The notes below the pieces were generated by a model. That model had not been told where the DNA came from, did not search any database, and saw nothing but the letters and a program-made list of their open reading frames with translations. Shown here piece after piece: positions 1-9,246 of a DNA stretch of 64,000 nt (position 1 is the first letter of the stretch; each line of letters begins with the position of its first letter). The stretch is from Acidimicrobiia bacterium (GTDB lineage Bacteria; Actinomycetota; Acidimicrobiia; Spongiisociales; Spongiisociaceae). Position numbers and translations under genes: made by a program. The stretch is from the NCBI GenBank assembly GCA_041576165.1, contig JBFGLM010000022.1:1-64000 (forward strand), read 5' to 3'.

Positions 1-629
1 GATGGGACTACGACGCCTGGGCGGCGATCTGTGACCTGTTGAACTGTGTCCCGGTCATGACCGAGGCCGGGTGGCCGGCGGTCATCGATGAAGTGGCGCA
101 GGGTCAGTTGGACGCGGCCGCCGATGGCATCTCGATCACTGCCGAACGAGCGGAGATCGTTGCGTTCTCCGATCCGTACATGGTCGTAGAGCAGAAATTC
201 ATCGTGCAGTTGGACGACGACCGCTTCACGTCGGCGGATGACATCATCAGCGGGGATGCGGTGGTGGGGACCCAGGTGGGGACCACCAACTTCGAGCTGG
301 CGGCCTCGCTGATGGACGAGTCCCGGATCCAGGCCTACGACCAGTTCGGTTTGGCGATCCAGGCGCTGATCTCCGGCGATGTGGATGCGGTGATCATCGA
401 CGACGCGGCCGGGTTGGGCTACGTCGGGGAGAACGCCGATCAGATCAAGACGGTCGACGACGCCCTGCAGTCCGACCCGCTGGGTTTCATTTTCCCGCTC
501 GAGTCTGATCTGGTGGACCCGGTCAACCAGGCCCTTCAGGTGCTGAAGGACAACGGCACGCTCGAGGAGCTTGGCCGCAAGTACTTCACCGACTCGTTCA
601 CAGTCACCTACGACGACCTGGAGGGTTGA
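1..629 (+). CDS. Amino-acid ABC transporter substrate-binding protein (SBP family 3), 5'-truncated by the window edge
   Basis: Frame is open from base 3 (WDYDAWAAICDLLNC...). Typical SBP_bac_3 motifs GISITAERAEIVAFSDPY, GDVDAVIID and VNQALQVLKDNGTLEEL. Confidence 0.9.
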   Translation, partial: WDYDAWAAICDLLNCVPVMTEAGWPAVIDEVAQGQLDAAADGISITAERAEIVAFSDPYMVVEQKFIVQLDDDRFTSADDIISGDAVVGTQVGTTNFELAASLMDESRIQAYDQFGLAIQALISGDVDAVIIDDAAGLGYVGENADQIKTVDDALQSDPLGFIFPLESDLVDPVNQALQVLKDNGTLEELGRKYFTDSFTVTYDDLEG

Positions 630-661
630 CGGACCGATCCCCGGAATCGTCATCACCTACC

Positions 662-689
662 ATGCGCCCGGGCTTCGGCCCGGGCGCAT
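662..689 (+). terminator. Perfect 12-bp GC hairpin with a cUUCGg tetraloop between SBP and permease (mRNA stabiliser or partial terminator)
   Basis: ATGCGCCCGGGC-TTCG-GCCCGGGCGCAT. No U-tract follows. Confidence 0.65.
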
Positions 690-705
690 CCGTGAGGTGG
701 GAGAC

Positions 706-1617
706 ATGACGCAGGTGGAGGTAGACCAGTCGGTGGGGACGTCCCCCGGCTCGAGTCGGATCAGCATAAGTCCGGGCGAGTTCCCATGGTGGCTCCTGGC
801 GATGGTGGGAATCATCGCCGGCATGGTGGCGCTGGTGTTCGCCAACGAGGATTACCGGCAAGCGTTCGAGGCGGTCCTCCCGTGGCCGCTCATTGAGCAA
901 GTCGAGGTCGACGAGGGGGTCTTCGAGAGCCAGCTTGTCATCTTTCGCGGAATCGGGATGACGCTGTTGCTCACTGTTGGTTCGTTCCTCGCGGCGCTGC
1001 CGATAGGTCTCGTTCTGGCGCTCGGCCGCCTGTCGGGGTCCAATCCAGCGCGCACGGTCCCCGGGCGCTTCGTCCAGACTGTGGCCAAGAACGCGGCCAG
1101 CCTCTACATCGAACTGGTCCGGGGAATCCCGATGATCGTGTTCATCTTCGCCATCGCGTTTGTGCTCGCCCCGGATTTCGCAGACCTGATCGGCATGGAG
1201 ACCCGGGCTCTGACCAACGCCTGGCGGGGCGCGGCGGCCCTCTCGCTGTTCTACGCCGCTTTCATCGCCGAGGTGATCCGCGGCGGCATCCAGTCCGTTG
1301 AGAAAGGCCAAACGGAGGCAGGCCGCTCGGTCGGATTGAAAGAACGCCAGATACTGCGCCAGATCGTGCTGCCGCAGGCAGTTCGTAACATGCTGCCGGC
1401 GTTGGGCAACGACCTGATCGCCTTGATGAAGGACACTTCGCTGGTCTCGGTCCTCGCGGTCCGGGAGCTGACCCAGATGGCCCGGCTCTACACGGGATCG
1501 ACCTTCCGATTCCGCGAGGGATTCTTCATCCTGGTCGTGATCTACGTCACGCTCACGCTGTTGCTTTCCCTCGCACTGCGCTGGTACGAGCGGCGGATCG
1601 CCATCCCAGGCCGCTGA
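706..1617 (+). CDS. Amino-acid ABC transporter permease (HisM/GlnP family)
   Basis: Motifs YIELVRGIP and EAA loop (AEVIRGGIQSVEKGQTEAGRSVGL), plus LMKDTSL. ATG 706 follows GAGGTGGGAG. Confidence 0.92.
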   Translation: MTQVEVDQSVGTSPGSSRISISPGEFPWWLLAMVGIIAGMVALVFANEDYRQAFEAVLPWPLIEQVEVDEGVFESQLVIFRGIGMTLLLTVGSFLAALPIGLVLALGRLSGSNPARTVPGRFVQTVAKNAASLYIELVRGIPMIVFIFAIAFVLAPDFADLIGMETRALTNAWRGAAALSLFYAAFIAEVIRGGIQSVEKGQTEAGRSVGLKERQILRQIVLPQAVRNMLPALGNDLIALMKDTSLVSVLAVRELTQMARLYTGSTFRFREGFFILVVIYVTLTLLLSLALRWYERRIAIPGR

Positions 1618-1717
1618 GTGGGAACCCGCTGGATGCTCTCACCCATCCAATCGACGTTTGGTGCTTCACCTAGCAGCCGATTCGGCCGACAATAGATACA
1701 GGACGGAAAGATCGAAG

Positions 1718-2512
1718 ATGCGGGGTCTGATCGACCAACTGACCGAACGGGACATCACCACGCTGGTTGATGTGATCGGCATATCTCGTGAGGAACTCAT
1801 CGACACGGGTTCCACCAAGCCCTGGCGTCTCGTCGAATACCTGGCCGACGACACCGTTCGCGACGCCATCCTCGACCGCCGTGCCCATCCCGCCAACGCC
1901 GTCTCGCCCACCTTGCTGTTCGCGGTGCTGGTCTCCACGACCACCGCCGAGCTGCTGTCGGCGAAGTACGTGAATGATTGGGTGGGCCCCTCCGCCCGGC
2001 TGCCGGTGTTCGACGTCGAAACGCTCCAGGATTTCGTCTCTGACCTGCGCCGGATGGCCTTCCTGGCCCGGCTGCTTGCCTCGTTCGCCATGCCGACGCC
2101 GCCGCCGGTACCGGCCGATCCGTTCGACGTGCGGTCATTGGCCGCCTGGCTCGATCAGGCCGAACCCGGTGATCGGACAATCATTCTGCGCCGTCTGGGC
2201 GATCTCGCCCTCTTCCTCACCGGCGTGTTCCCCGACCGCACCGGCTCGCGGCCGCTGCGCCCCGTCGACGCCGAGCGACTCGGAACGTCAATCGGCATGT
2301 CGTCCGACGAGATCCTGTCATTGTGCGATCCTGCATCGCCATCTCCCGGGCTGGACGCCTTCGAGATCTTGGGGAGCCGCTGGTACGAGGCGTCCGGTGG
2401 GCCAGAGGTGCGGGATGTTGCCACGCGGTTCCGGGCTGCCCGCCGGGTGCTGAATCATCTCACCGACACCCATCTGTACCAGCTCGAACTGCCCTTTCCG
2501 CTGGCCGGCTGA
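1718..2512 (+). CDS. Hypothetical protein
   Basis: Long ORF of plausible composition with a conserved-looking LRRLGDLALFLTGVFPD segment. Function not recognised. Confidence 0.7.
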   Translation: MRGLIDQLTERDITTLVDVIGISREELIDTGSTKPWRLVEYLADDTVRDAILDRRAHPANAVSPTLLFAVLVSTTTAELLSAKYVNDWVGPSARLPVFDVETLQDFVSDLRRMAFLARLLASFAMPTPPPVPADPFDVRSLAAWLDQAEPGDRTIILRRLGDLALFLTGVFPDRTGSRPLRPVDAERLGTSIGMSSDEILSLCDPASPSPGLDAFEILGSRWYEASGGPEVRDVATRFRAARRVLNHLTDTHLYQLELPFPLAG

Positions 2513-2518
2513 AGCGTC

Positions 2519-2998
2519 TCAGGCGCCCTCCGCTTTGGCGATCAGGTAGCCGCGGGCCCGTTCCGCCCGGTGATAGCGATTGACCAGCGCCGTGAACTCC
2601 GGGCCGTGGTCCGGCACCCGGAGATGGGCCAGCTCGTGGACGATGACGAAGTCGAGCACCCAGGCCGGCATGTCGGCGAGCCGGCGCGAAATGCGGATCG
2701 TGCGGTTGGAGTGCGAGCAGGAGCCCCACCGTTTGCCCTGCCGGTCCGACCAGGTGATGGCAGCCGGCCGGGGGAGCCCGTGACGGGTTGCAAGCTGCTC
2801 AGCGCGGGCCCGCAAGTCAACGTGAGCGGATGAAATCTTGCGTTCCATCCGGCGGCGCATCTCGGCCACCCATCTCGCTTCCTCTTCTTCGCTGAATCCG
2901 GCCGGGACCATCACCCGCAGGCGACCGTCCACCAACCGAGCCTGGACCGTCTTGATCCGCCGGGCGCTGCGGACCACATCGACAGGGAGTTCGCTCAT
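2519..2998 (-). CDS. M48/YgjP (DUF45)-like zinc metallo-hydrolase
   Basis: RWGSCS and DFVIVHELAHL...HGPEF (HExxH) motifs. Confidence 0.88.
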   Translation of the reverse strand: MSELPVDVVRSARRIKTVQARLVDGRLRVMVPAGFSEEEEARWVAEMRRRMERKISSAHVDLRARAEQLATRHGLPRPAAITWSDRQGKRWGSCSHSNRTIRISRRLADMPAWVLDFVIVHELAHLRVPDHGPEFTALVNRYHRAERARGYLIAKAEGA

Positions 2999-3043
2999 GT
3001 GACAACCGTATCTGCAGGGTGGGACACGTTGCCGGCTTTCGGT

Positions 3044-4852
3044 TCAGGCGGCGAACGCTCGATGGAGGAACGCCGCCGCGTGCTGACGCTGGAGGACCGC
3101 AGTAGGGCAGTATTCGGTGGGGGCACAGCCATTGGTGATCCCGGCCGCAGCCAGCGCGTTTATGGCCGGGGCATGGACCCCACGGACATCGCTAAATGGA
3201 GCATCCGCAGCCGGTTCGAGATCGAGTGCTCGGGCGATGAAGCTCGCCATCTGGTCTCTGGTCACGATCCGATCCGGGCAGAACCGCTCGCTCGCACAAC
3301 CCAGCGTTACCCCCGCTTCGGCGATGGCCTCGATCTCGCGCTCGAACGGGGTGGCGTCATCGTCGACGAATCGATCCACGCTCTCGGTTGCCGACAGGCC
3401 GAGTGCGCGCGCCAACAGGGCAGCCATCTGGCCCCTGGTCAATGGACTGCGGGGGCAGAAGTAGTCCCCCCAGGGGGGATTGCAACCCAAAGTGATCGAT
3501 TCGCCTGCCAGCCAAGCGATCTCGGCTGTGTACAGATGATCGTCGGCAACATCGAAGAATCCCGAGCGCGGCAGTGGGAGGAGCACGGCTGGCGGAGCGT
3601 CTTGAGATGCCGTCAATTCAGGATCCGTGGGAATGCCCGGGACTGTGAAGTTGCTCGATACGTTCCACAACATCCAGCCGAGGCCGAGCGCATCCACCTC
3701 GACGATCTGGATCTCCACCTGAGCCGCCGTGTACCAGAAGTCCTGCAACCAGGGGCGCAGTATCGCCTGCGAGCCGGTCATCCGGTCCAAGGCATCCTGG
3801 CTGGCGAACCGCACCACGGGCCCCGGATGGTTGTTCGGGACCGAAAAGCCATACCACCCGCTCACGTAGTGGCTCGGGTAGATCATGGGTGAGATGACAT
3901 CGATCGTGGCGGCCAGGTCCTCCAGTTGCTGGCCGATGCCGCCCTCGTGGGGAATGTTGGTGATGAAGCCGAATACGTCGGCTGCCGTTGCACACCCGAG
4001 CGGCGCCAGCAGCTCCCGTGCCTCCCGCAGGAACCCGGTGATGGTTTGCTGGCGGGAACCGGCGTCGCTGGAGCCGTCAAAGCGCATGGTCGATTTGTCG
4101 CCGGTTGGGAAGCGCACGTAGTCGAATTGGACCTCGTCCACGCCCATACTGCATGCTTCCCGGGCCAGCTCTAACGCATAGTGCTGGGCCGCCGGGTCGG
4201 TGGGGTCGAGCCAGTACTGTCCGCTGTGGACCAGCAGGCTGCCCCCTGCGGTCTTGACGGCCCAATCGGGGCGGGCGCGGGCGGCGATGGGGTCCTCGAA
4301 AGTGACGATTCGGGTGACGACGTAGAGACCGGCGTCGTGCGCTTGGCGGGTGCGGGCAGCCAGGTCAAAAGGATTGGTGTACCCGGCCCCTACCGCATCG
4401 ACAGTGGCCACTTCGGTCTGGTGAAAGACCAGCCCGGCTTCACCTTTGATATCGATCATCAATGAGTTCACCGAGGTGGCGGCAGCGATGTCGAGCATCT
4501 CCTGGTACCCGGAGTCGGTGGCCGGCCGCGTTCCCGTCAGGTGCAATCCCCGCACGATCCGCGGCGCCATGGTTGGGCCGAGCCAATCGGCCGACCCGTC
4601 CCACGACGCCGCCGTGGGGGCATAGCCGACCCGCTCGAAGGTCACACTCCCGGGCACGACCGATTCGAGCAAGTAGCGACCGTCGGACCCAGTGGTGGTC
4701 GACACGCCACCCTGGGACACCACAACCCCGCTCAGCGGAACACCTCGCAGGTTTTCAACCCGCCCCGTCACCTGGCTGCTGCCGGCCCCCGCCCCGGCGG
4801 GCAGAAGCGACAACACGCACGCGAACGCCGCTACTGCCGCCCATCGGGTCAT
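3044..4852 (-). CDS. Secreted putative glycoside hydrolase (DUF4015-like) with an N-terminal carboxypeptidase-regulatory-like domain and C-terminal SLH repeats
   Basis: Signal peptide MTRWAAVAAF..., core motifs DEVQFDYVRFP, SPMIYPSHY and RPWLQDF, and three SLH-like repeats (F.DV...GITxGC...FCP...TRxQMA). Start moved downstream from the track's 5197. Confidence 0.8.
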   Translation of the reverse strand: MTRWAAVAAFACVLSLLPAGAGAGSSQVTGRVENLRGVPLSGVVVSQGGVSTTTGSDGRYLLESVVPGSVTFERVGYAPTAASWDGSADWLGPTMAPRIVRGLHLTGTRPATDSGYQEMLDIAAATSVNSLMIDIKGEAGLVFHQTEVATVDAVGAGYTNPFDLAARTRQAHDAGLYVVTRIVTFEDPIAARARPDWAVKTAGGSLLVHSGQYWLDPTDPAAQHYALELAREACSMGVDEVQFDYVRFPTGDKSTMRFDGSSDAGSRQQTITGFLREARELLAPLGCATAADVFGFITNIPHEGGIGQQLEDLAATIDVISPMIYPSHYVSGWYGFSVPNNHPGPVVRFASQDALDRMTGSQAILRPWLQDFWYTAAQVEIQIVEVDALGLGWMLWNVSSNFTVPGIPTDPELTASQDAPPAVLLPLPRSGFFDVADDHLYTAEIAWLAGESITLGCNPPWGDYFCPRSPLTRGQMAALLARALGLSATESVDRFVDDDATPFEREIEAIAEAGVTLGCASERFCPDRIVTRDQMASFIARALDLEPAADAPFSDVRGVHAPAINALAAAGITNGCAPTEYCPTAVLQRQHAAAFLHRAFAA

Positions 4853-4941
4853 CGCCGAACTCGCTGTGTAGCCATTCCCTGCCCTGTCTGCCTCCACCCG
4901 CGCCCCACCCCAGCCGTTTCGGCCGCCGTACCGGGTTGCGA

Positions 4942-6699
4942 TCAAATCTCTTCTGCTGCGAGGGCGAACAGGTCTCGGGCACTGCCGGTCACCGAGGGCA
5001 GCAGGCCCGTGGCGGTGGGAAGAATCTGCTCCAGGTAGAACCGTGCGGTGACCAGCTTCGACTCGGGCCCTTTGGTCGCAGCGGCGACTGCGGCTCGCGC
5101 CATCTGCCAGCCGCCGGCAACGATCCCGAACATGCGGGCGTAGGGGGTGGCCCCAGCCAATGCATTGTTCGGATCGTCCCGTTGCTCGAGCAGCCACGTG
5201 GTGGCTTCCGCCAGGGCGTCGAGCCCGGCGGCAAGTGCGTCGGCCGAGCGCGTGAAGCCGTCGACCAGCCGCAGATCGTCGGTGATCTCTCGCATCGATG
5301 TGATGTAGCGACCCACGAACTGACCCCCTTCGAGGGGCAGCTTGCGCATCACGAGGTCGATGGCCTGGATTCCATTCGTGCCCTCATAGATCGGCGCAAT
5401 CCGGGCATCGCGGAGATGCTGGGCGGCCCCGGTTTCCTCGACGTATCCCATGCCTCCGAAGACCTGGATCCCCATGGATGTCAGCTCGACGCCCAGGTCG
5501 GTTCCCCACGCCTTCACCACGGGCGTCAGCAGCGCAGTGGCGTGTTCGTGCCAGGTGCGGGCCGCATCGTCTTCTGCGTGCTCGCCGTGGTCTTGGTGCA
5601 CCGCCGTCACGTACATGAGGGCCCGCATCGCCTCGATGTTGGCGCGCATCGTCAGCAGCATGCGCCGCACGTCGGGATGCTCCACGATGAGGCTTTGTGA
5701 TTTCGCACCGATGGCCCGTCCCTGTCTGCGCTCGAGGGAGTATTGGCGCGCATCCTGGTAGGCGCGTTCGGCGATGGACAGCCCCTGGAGCCCCACCGAG
5801 ATGCGGGCAGCGTTCATCATTGTGAACATGTTCCGCATCCCCTCGTTCTCCTCGCCCAAGAGCCAGCCGACAGCCCCCTCGCGCTCGCCGTAGGACATGA
5901 CGCAGGTAGGTGAGCCGTGGATTCCAAGCTTGTGCTCGATGGAAACCACTCGCAGGTCGTTCCGCTCGCCGATCGATCCATCTTCCCGCGGCAGATACTT
6001 CGGAACAATGAACATCGAAATGCCCCGGGTGCCGGCCGGCGCGTCCGGCGTGCGAGCTAGAACGAGGTGCACGACATTGTCGGTCAGGTCGTGCTCGCCG
6101 TACGTGATGAAGATCTTGGAGCCCTTGATTCGATAGCCACCGTCCCCGACCGGCTCGGCTTTGGTGGTCAACGCGCCCAGGTCAGAGCCGGCCTGCGGCT
6201 CGGTGAGGTTCATCGTGGCCGACCACTCCCCGGTGATGAGCTTGGACAGGTACACGGCTTTCTGCTCATCTGAGCCGTGCTCCAACAACGCGTCGATGGC
6301 GCCAAAGGTCAGCAGAGGACACAACGAAAAGGCCATGTTGGCCGAGGTCAGCATCTCCTCGAAGGCCATCCCGATCACCTTCGGCATGCTGTGCCCGCCC
6401 CATTCGGCCGGGAAGTCGATCCCCGCCCAGCCAGTCTCGACGTAGTGGGAATATGCCTCTTTGAATCCTGGTGCGGTTGCAACCGCGTCATCGCCCTCCA
6501 TCCGGGCGCCGGCGGTGTCGCCCACTCGATTCAGTGGCGCCACGACGTCTTGGACGAACCGGGCACCTTCGTCCAGAACTGAGAACACCAGTTCCCGATC
6601 GGCGTGCTGGTACCCGTTGAGCTTCTGCAATTCGTCGAGGTCCACCAGATGGTCCAGCACGAACTTCATGTCTTTCAATGGGGCGGTGTAGTCGGCCAT
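4942..6699 (-). CDS. Acyl-CoA dehydrogenase (long DmdC/FadE5-like type)
   Basis: MNLTEPQAGSDLG, KIFITYGEHD, GGMGYVEE and IYEGTNGIQA motifs. Confidence 0.93.
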   Translation of the reverse strand: MADYTAPLKDMKFVLDHLVDLDELQKLNGYQHADRELVFSVLDEGARFVQDVVAPLNRVGDTAGARMEGDDAVATAPGFKEAYSHYVETGWAGIDFPAEWGGHSMPKVIGMAFEEMLTSANMAFSLCPLLTFGAIDALLEHGSDEQKAVYLSKLITGEWSATMNLTEPQAGSDLGALTTKAEPVGDGGYRIKGSKIFITYGEHDLTDNVVHLVLARTPDAPAGTRGISMFIVPKYLPREDGSIGERNDLRVVSIEHKLGIHGSPTCVMSYGEREGAVGWLLGEENEGMRNMFTMMNAARISVGLQGLSIAERAYQDARQYSLERRQGRAIGAKSQSLIVEHPDVRRMLLTMRANIEAMRALMYVTAVHQDHGEHAEDDAARTWHEHATALLTPVVKAWGTDLGVELTSMGIQVFGGMGYVEETGAAQHLRDARIAPIYEGTNGIQAIDLVMRKLPLEGGQFVGRYITSMREITDDLRLVDGFTRSADALAAGLDALAEATTWLLEQRDDPNNALAGATPYARMFGIVAGGWQMARAAVAAATKGPESKLVTARFYLEQILPTATGLLPSVTGSARDLFALAAEEI

Positions 6700-6758
6700 G
6701 GTTGCGATGTTACGCCACTCGACTTGGACTACCAGGGGCCGAAGTTACATTTGCCTCG

Positions 6759-7286
6759 ATGGACACTGCGCAACTAGGGGAACTTCTGCTACCCGACCCG
6801 GCCGGAGTCGCTCACCGGGTGGGTGGCTACTGGCAGGAGCAACGGCTATTGCTGGTGTTCCTGCGCCACTTCGGTTGACTGATGTGCCGAGAGTACGTTG
6901 CGCAGGTGCGCGACCAGTCCGACAATCTCGAATCGGCAGGTACCGGTGTGGTCGCCATTGGCACGGGCGGGTCCCGTTATGCGCGGGACTTCATCTCGGA
7001 ACGCGACATTCGATTTCCGGTGCTGCTCGATCGTGACGGCGAAGCCGCAGCCATTGCGTCCGTGCGACGGGGAATCGGTACGGTCACGTCCCCCGGCAGT
7101 TGGCTGGGCGCCGCCCGGGCGCTACAAAACGGCTACCGCCAAGGCCGCACCGGCCCGCGGCCCACCCAGCAGGGCGCATCGTTCGTGATAGAACGTGGCG
7201 GAGAACTTCTCTACGCCCACCTCGACGCTCACCCGGGTGACCACGCTCCCATGGCCGCAGTGCTCGCGGCCGCCGGCCTCCGCTAG
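6759..7286 (+). CDS. Selenocysteine-containing AhpC/TSA-like (peroxiredoxin-like) protein; UGA at 6876-6878 read as Sec
   Basis: Track ORFs 6678-6878 and 6882-7286 share a frame and join as ...LLVFLRHFG-U-LMCREY..., i.e. the family's RHxGCxxC motif with U replacing the first Cys. C-terminal QQGASFV motif, TACATT -10 box just before the ATG, SECIS-like hairpin downstream of the UGA. Confidence 0.85.
6897..6914 (+). promoter_or_regulatory. Candidate bacterial SECIS element
   Basis: GTTGCGC-AGGT-GCGCGAC: a 7-bp stem with one G-U pair and a G-containing AGGU loop, starting 18 nt after the UGA. Resembles the apical hairpin of the E. coli fdhF SECIS. Confidence 0.65.
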
Positions 7287-8029
7287 CTGAACACCGTCCG
7301 GGGGCGCTCGAGCTTCACGCCGTCGACGTAGATGTCGACCTTTTCGTTGTAAAAGGCGTACAGGCCTGCGATCCGCTGGCTCTCCTCAATCGGGAATGGG
7401 TAATACCACGCAGCGTCCTGGTACAACGTGCCGTTCACCTCGACCGAGTGATAGCTCGCCACACCTTTGTAGGGGCATTCGGTATGAGAATCGGACGGAC
7501 GCAGCACTTCACGCCGGACGTCGAGCGGTGGAATGTAGTAGCGGACCGGCAAACCCGTCTCGAACAGCAGTTTGGGAGAGGTGGTTTCGGCCACGGTCAC
7601 GCCGTCGATCTCGACCCGCACGTGCTTGGAGCTGGACAGGATATCGACCCGCTTGTAGGGATCTCGCGGATGGACGTACACCTGCTCGCCCTCTTCGAAC
7701 CAGGCATCCATTTCGCTCCAACGAAGTGCAACCAGATCGCGCAGTTCCTCTATGGGCGAATCCGGATAGCGGTAGGCCGCAGCTTCGGCTTTGGCCGACG
7801 CGGTGGAAACGGTGAGGACCTCGGCCTCACCTCGGCTGGGCGACGAGATGGTTTCACCGGTTGGCGTCAACGAGGCCAGAACGTCGTCTGCCGGAAAGAA
7901 GTACGTCGGGTAGTAGGGCTTCTCCCAAACGAGGCGCGGGGCCGCCGTGTCGGCCACCAAATCGCCCCCCATGTATACGCGCACTCGCTTCTGTCCGGTC
8001 TCGACCCGAACCCGTCCCCGATCAGCCAT
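7283..8029 (-). CDS. Tandem DUF427 domain protein
   Basis: Two DUF427-like repeats; second has LFETGLPVRYYIP and TECPYKGVASY; linker VHPRDPYKRVD. Confidence 0.9.
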   Translation of the reverse strand: MADRGRVRVETGQKRVRVYMGGDLVADTAAPRLVWEKPYYPTYFFPADDVLASLTPTGETISSPSRGEAEVLTVSTASAKAEAAAYRYPDSPIEELRDLVALRWSEMDAWFEEGEQVYVHPRDPYKRVDILSSSKHVRVEIDGVTVAETTSPKLLFETGLPVRYYIPPLDVRREVLRPSDSHTECPYKGVASYHSVEVNGTLYQDAAWYYPFPIEESQRIAGLYAFYNEKVDIYVDGVKLERPRTVFS

Positions 8030-8062
8030 CTTCAGCTCCTAACGCATGACGACATAGTGGAA

Positions 8063-8089
8063 CAACCGTTCTGGCACGCTGATCATTCC
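8063..8089 (-). promoter_or_regulatory. SigH/SigR-type promoter of the DUF427 gene
   Basis: Minus strand reads GGAAT-gatcagcgtgccagaacg(18 nt)-GTTG. Confidence 0.65.
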
Positions 8090-8181
8090 GCCCACGACAC
8101 CACACAGTCGATCGCAACTGACAGCCCACCTGCCCCCCAGCCGGGTCACGGGGTACGATCGCCGGGCACCGGTCGACTTGG

Positions 8182-9246
8182 ATGTATGCGGACATGTTTG
8201 CACAACAAAGCACTGACTTCGGGGCGTTTGCACCGTCGGTCGCAGTGGTCGTCGCTGCAGTGCTTGCGATTGCCGTCGTCCGGGCGATTCTCCGCAAGCG
8301 CAACGACGGCGGCCGCCCGGAGGCCCGCTGGCAAGCGCAAGCATGGACGTTCGTCATCGCCGGGTTGGGTCTGATCGCGTTCGTGCTGGTGCTGCCCAGT
8401 GGCGATCTCGACAAACAGACCGTTTTGAGCGTATTGGGCCTGGCGCTCACTGCAGTCATCGCGCTGTCGGCATCGACCATTGTGGCCAACGCCATGGCGG
8501 GCCTGATGTTGCACAGAGTCGGCAATTTCCGGCCCGGCGACTACGTGCGGATCAGTGACCACTTCGGTCGTGTCACCGAGCGGGGCCTGTTCCACACGGA
8601 GTTACAGACGGAGGATGGCGACCTCACCACGCTCCCGAACAGCCTCCTCGTGAACAACGCCGTGACCGTGATCCGCGCCAGCGGGACAGTGATCTCCTGC
8701 TCCGTCTCGCTCGGGTACGACGTGCCCCGGACCCAGGTGGAAAAGCTGTTGGTGGAGGCTGCGGCGGCGGTGGAGCTGCAGGAACCGTTTGTGCACATCC
8801 TGGAGCTCGGCGACTTCTCCGTGACGTATCGCATCGCCGGGTTCCTCCCCGAAGTCAGACACATGCTCCGAACGCGGTCCCGCCTGCGCTCGATCGTCCT
8901 GGACACGTTGCATGACGCCCGGATCGAGATCGTCTCGCCAAACTTCATGAACCAGCGCATCCTGGAGTCGGGCATACAGTTCATCCCGGAGCCTGTCCGG
9001 GACGTGGGAGATTCCTTCGACGAGGTTCCGGAAGATCTGGTCTTCGACAAAGCGGAGCGGGCCGGGCGGCTGGAGGAGTTGCGAGATCGGCGCAAGGCGC
9101 TTCAGTCCGATCTGAATGCGCTCGACGCGGAGGCGAGGGCATCCCGCACGGCCGGCGATGACGGGCGGCGCGCCGCCACCCAACGCATGCTGAACCATGT
9201 GGAGTACTTGATCGGCGTGCTGCAAGGCGACGGCTCGGGTGGCTGA
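8182..9246 (+). CDS. Small-conductance mechanosensitive channel (MscS family)
   Basis: N-terminal TMs, then NAMAGLML...FRPGDYVRI...GRVTERGLFHT...TLPNS. Confidence 0.9.
   Translation: MYADMFAQQSTDFGAFAPSVAVVVAAVLAIAVVRAILRKRNDGGRPEARWQAQAWTFVIAGLGLIAFVLVLPSGDLDKQTVLSVLGLALTAVIALSASTIVANAMAGLMLHRVGNFRPGDYVRISDHFGRVTERGLFHTELQTEDGDLTTLPNSLLVNNAVTVIRASGTVISCSVSLGYDVPRTQVEKLLVEAAAAVELQEPFVHILELGDFSVTYRIAGFLPEVRHMLRTRSRLRSIVLDTLHDARIEIVSPNFMNQRILESGIQFIPEPVRDVGDSFDEVPEDLVFDKAERAGRLEELRDRRKALQSDLNALDAEARASRTAGDDGRRAATQRMLNHVEYLIGVLQGDGSGG

Noticed and set aside
1-1617. ABC transporter lacking an ATPase gene
   Set aside because: The operon is cut by the window edge, so the ATPase may lie upstream.
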